Assembly (NCBI GenBank): GCA_002633005.1 | Contig: NMRA01000167.1 | Location: forward strand, 325,785 to 363,167 | Direction of reading: 5' to 3' | Source: Phoronis australis | Taxonomy: Eukaryota > Animalia > Phoronida | Length of the DNA: 37,383 nt | Part shown: piece after piece, positions 34,231 through 37,383 of the stretch | How positions within the stretch are numbered: the first letter of the stretch is position 1 | How the letters are laid out: each line of letters begins with the position of its first letter | Notes under the pieces: generated by a model | The model's input: only the letters and a program-made list of their open reading frames with translations | Told to the model about the DNA's origin: nothing | The model's database searches: none | Translations under genes and position numbers: made by a program

Positions 34231-36644
34231 ACTAAGTCGGGATTGGCGCAGTGTATACGTTTATTATTCTGCGTTCTGTTTCAAAATGAATTATTCTCAA
34301 CCAATACTTATATGAAACTGAAACAAAATTTATCTCATTAGATACAATTTGTAATGACTTGGAGTGCTCGTGAGTGCAAATGTTTTGGGAAATGAGCCAA
34401 AACCACTACGTTACCGGCTTTTTATGCCAGCAACAAAGGTAACTGACCGGGCACCGACGGAGGCCGTGTGAGCGCATGCTAATTCAGTGTTTGCTGAGAG
34501 AAAGCTGTTGTGAAACAATTACTCGATTATATATGCTATTGTCACATGTTAGGGGAATCTTTATTTGGAAATACTATTACATTATTCAAATCGTTACTGT
34601 ACAACCTTTGCCCTGACGGTCTGTGAAAGGGGAACCCGACTTCGCAGCCCCCGACAAGTAGGTGGATTTCAAGTTCAGTTTCGTGGCTAATTCACACAAA
34701 TAATTACGTGCACATTATCTCTTTGGCTCACTATTATAGTCTTTTCGTAACTGGAGGTTTAGTTTCCAACTCAAGCTGGTTTATGTTCGTGCCAGTCCCG
34801 GCGGCCGCGACGGGCCTGATCGGGTTCCCAGGCACTGGCCGGGATAACGAGCGTTTTGTGTGTTTAGAACTAAAAAAATCACAAGTATAAACAACACAGA
34901 TCTAGGTTTCTCCTGTCTGTATTTCACGGAAGAATACCTCGAATTTATCTCCGAATAGACCCCAAACTCCTGCTACGGACCTTGTTTAATTGGCCTGCCC
35001 AACTTTGAAGGCTACGGTGCTGTCCAAATACTAGTAAATCCGTAACGGCGAAATAAAACAAAACATTTTGATAAGAACTCGGTGTATTTTAAGGGTTTTA
35101 CATCGAAGTTTGATGATTTATTGGTGTTAACGATGAATTCAAGCGATAAGCTGACACCACTAACCCGTGTTGTGAACTGCTGAACAGACTGCGTGTGAAA
35201 CCAATTACGTCATTGGATAATTTCAACACCTCCGTCTGCCGTCAGGTGTCAGGTAACGCAACCAAACCTACCGGTATCGACTAGAACTACTCGATTTAAA
35301 TTGATACAAAGTAGGTTGATTTTTGGATGGCATTCTCCTTTAATATAAACTGATGTAGACGAACTTGACTTGGCTGTCCACGTTGACGTTAAAGCAGGAA
35401 ACTAAAACTGAGCGTGTGTGGGAAGCCTAACCTAGCTCTCAAAAGATGGCGCAAGCTACAATTGGGGTCTAATTAAGACGTCAAGAAATCCAGGTACCAA
35501 AACATAAATGCACGTTGAGAAAATTACTGTATGCTACGGACACAAAATGGGACGGTGTAAATGAAACTCCCGTTGAATTATGTTTCAGTGTCAGGAAAAC
35601 TTATTCCATATTTCAGTTTAGTCTGTTCATCACGCTCCAGGCCTCTTTAAGTAGTAATTTCTGGGAGCACCTACCGTAGTTTTACATGTACATAGACTAT
35701 CACATATTTTCCTGAAACTATGAAGACTTGGTTGCTACCCCTAGATATACACTAAGACACATTTGGCTTTTCTGACACAATTTTTGTTTTTCGATTTTCT
35801 GATGATTTTGCAAAAATGGCTTTTTCGACACTTGTTTCAGTAAGAAAGTTGTCAAATTTGAAAGACTATTGAGACACCATGGAAGTTAGGAATAACTATG
35901 ATTTCTGTTAATGTATTTGGCTTTAAGATCCAGAAACCCATTTGATAATTAAAATACATGTTTAAGTATTTAAGTACAGGCTTTTCAAAAATTGAGAATT
36001 TTTGCGAATTTTCAATCGGATGATTTGAGAAAGCGAGCAAAGGAGATAGCACCCGTGAACATGAATTAATTGTCATTTGATAGTATTGGGTTAGGTTTGT
36101 ACTTACATCAAGTCAAAAGTTTGATCTTTTGAGTGCTTAGTGGTTAACAGGTACTTTCAATGGAAAAACTTTGCACTCTTTGGCTATTCGTCTTCAGTGG
36201 TAAACGAGGATGCCCTACAAACATCATGATTTGAATCTGTTTATTGGATAAAAGGTATTTGAGGGATTTGGCACCATCGGAAGCCCAAGAAGGAGTGCTG
36301 GGTGGTGGGGGGAGTCCATTTCGCCTTCTGTTAACGAGTACGGCTTCCGTTTTTTACAAAGATACCTTACGTTTTGCGAGTTGATTTGTCATAGAAACCA
36401 AACAAAAAAAAAACTAATCGAATCATCCTAACAGCGTTTTTGATGTAACTGGTGAAGTTTTCATCTAAAAAGTTTCACTAAAATCGACCGAAGGGTTATT
36501 TTGCTATGAATGTAAATTTCTTAAAAAAATTTCACTTAAAAAGGTTTTGACAATGGTACATTAATACAAAAAGTATTTTCATATCTCCTATTCTTTTTTC
36601 TTTCAGAAAATATATACTTTTGCTAGTTAACAAAGCTTAGTTTA

Positions 36645-37089
36645 TTGATATACGAGTTAGAACATAGGCCACTAAATAAGGTTGGAGATAACCTTAAGTT
36701 ACGAAATAACTTAAGGAGAATCTTACTGATCATCAGGGAAATTTTAACGGAAACTGTTTGTATGGCTTCGCGACATCGTTATCTATTTGCAGGTCCACGG
36801 ACAATGGCTCTTACATTCTCAGTGAGTCTTGTTAACTTGACGTTAACCCCAGCGATGAGAGAAGCGATAGAGAAAAAAGACGTTAGATACTTAGCTCTCG
36901 TGCAGAAGGCTGTAAGTAAACAAGTGCCAATGTTTAACCTGCTGTTATGAAGATTTACGCGATGTTCTTACCCGGCAAACTCTAAAAGTGACTTTGAAAT
37001 CTTTCACATTTTAGTCAGTGAAGAGGAAACCTCAAATGACCAATGGGGAGTCAAAAACTTTCAATACAAATTCGCCAAGTTGCACGCAT
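36645..37089 (+). pseudogene. Possible decayed hAT-like transposase fragment
   Basis: YLFAGPRT...KKDVRYLALVQKAVSKQVPMFNLLL..RCSYP loosely resembles the LFIG..T / VR.FY...KLP..N.LL..L..L.P region of hAT transposases. Weak. Confidence 0.25.
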
Positions 37090-37224
37090 TAAGAGGCAGT
37101 CCATATAAAAACCAGTAGATTTTCAAAAATCAGTCTATACGTCAAAATTTAAAACAACTTCATTTATTGTACATGGGTAGGTATCCTAACAAAAACCCAA
37201 ATGCCAAATTTTGCGCACTCAATG

Positions 37225-37383
37225 ACCCCTAATTTCGCCGCTGGAGCATGATAACACAAATTGGCACAATTGGGCGTATTAGCCGTCTCAAAAATCGCAT
37301 GTTTTCAGCAACAAAAATGAGTAACATACAAAATAGATCAAAAGCTATATTTTGGTGGCTGAAATAACCAACGTATACTGTGC
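37225..37383 (+). repeat. Dispersed repeat, diverged copy of 17564-17712; runs off the window
   Basis: Colinear similarity to 17564-17712. The element may start further left at TTAA-GAGGCAGTCC (~37089-37102). Confidence 0.7.

Larger units (their letters stand above)
33789..35339 (+). mobile_element. Non-autonomous Kolobok DNA transposon (1551 bp) with TTAA target duplication
   Basis: TTAA (33785-33788) then AGGAGAATGCCACCC ... GGATGGCATTCTCCT then TTAA (35340-35343): a 15-bp TIR with 1 mismatch and purine-purine start (not the CC of piggyBac). Contains a THAP-like remnant (+) and a YRFEPEY motif (-). Confidence 0.85.

Noticed and set aside
33785-35343. piggyBac assignment because of the TTAA duplication
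   Set aside because: Termini start AG rather than CC(C/T), and the THAP plus YRFEPE remnants fit Kolobok.
36590-36630. Acceptor-like TTCTTTTTTCTTTCAG as the partner for the 17213 donor
   Set aside because: Splicing in phase 1 reaches a TAG within about six codons.

Overview
AT-rich eukaryotic genomic DNA, most likely from a marine invertebrate animal (inferred from the transposon families, GT-AG splice signals and CTCF-like motifs). It is essentially a transposon graveyard; no intact protein-coding gene, RNA gene or CRISPR array is visible, and nearly all ORFs in the track are spurious or pieces of decayed mobile elements. Retroelements recognised: a 3'-truncated Gypsy (Mag-like) LTR retrotransposon with 5' LTR, tRNA-Leu-type PBS, gag, protease and RT; a Penelope-like RT/GIY-YIG remnant; L1/Tx1 and L2/CR1-group LINE fragments, one with a decayed 2A-like motif. 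DNA elements recognised: a pseudogenised Polinton/adintovirus-type DNA polymerase B with N-terminal C2H2 fingers; a TTAA-flanked non-autonomous Kolobok that keeps only the heads of its two opposed genes; Harbinger-type MITEs; a Helentron/HINE-like element whose ~146-bp x3 higher-order repeats carry same-strand CTCF-like motifs; two copies of a SAP-like exon, probably ISL2EU-related. One candidate host exon encodes a signal peptide (17150-17213). Two apparent ~0.6-kb tandem duplications sit either side of single Ns and are probably assembly artefacts. I found no convincing new biological system; the best leads are the CTCF-motif array, the double-headed Kolobok, and the zinc-finger PolB facing an unidentified decayed ORF. 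All assignments come from motif recognition by eye, with no database search.
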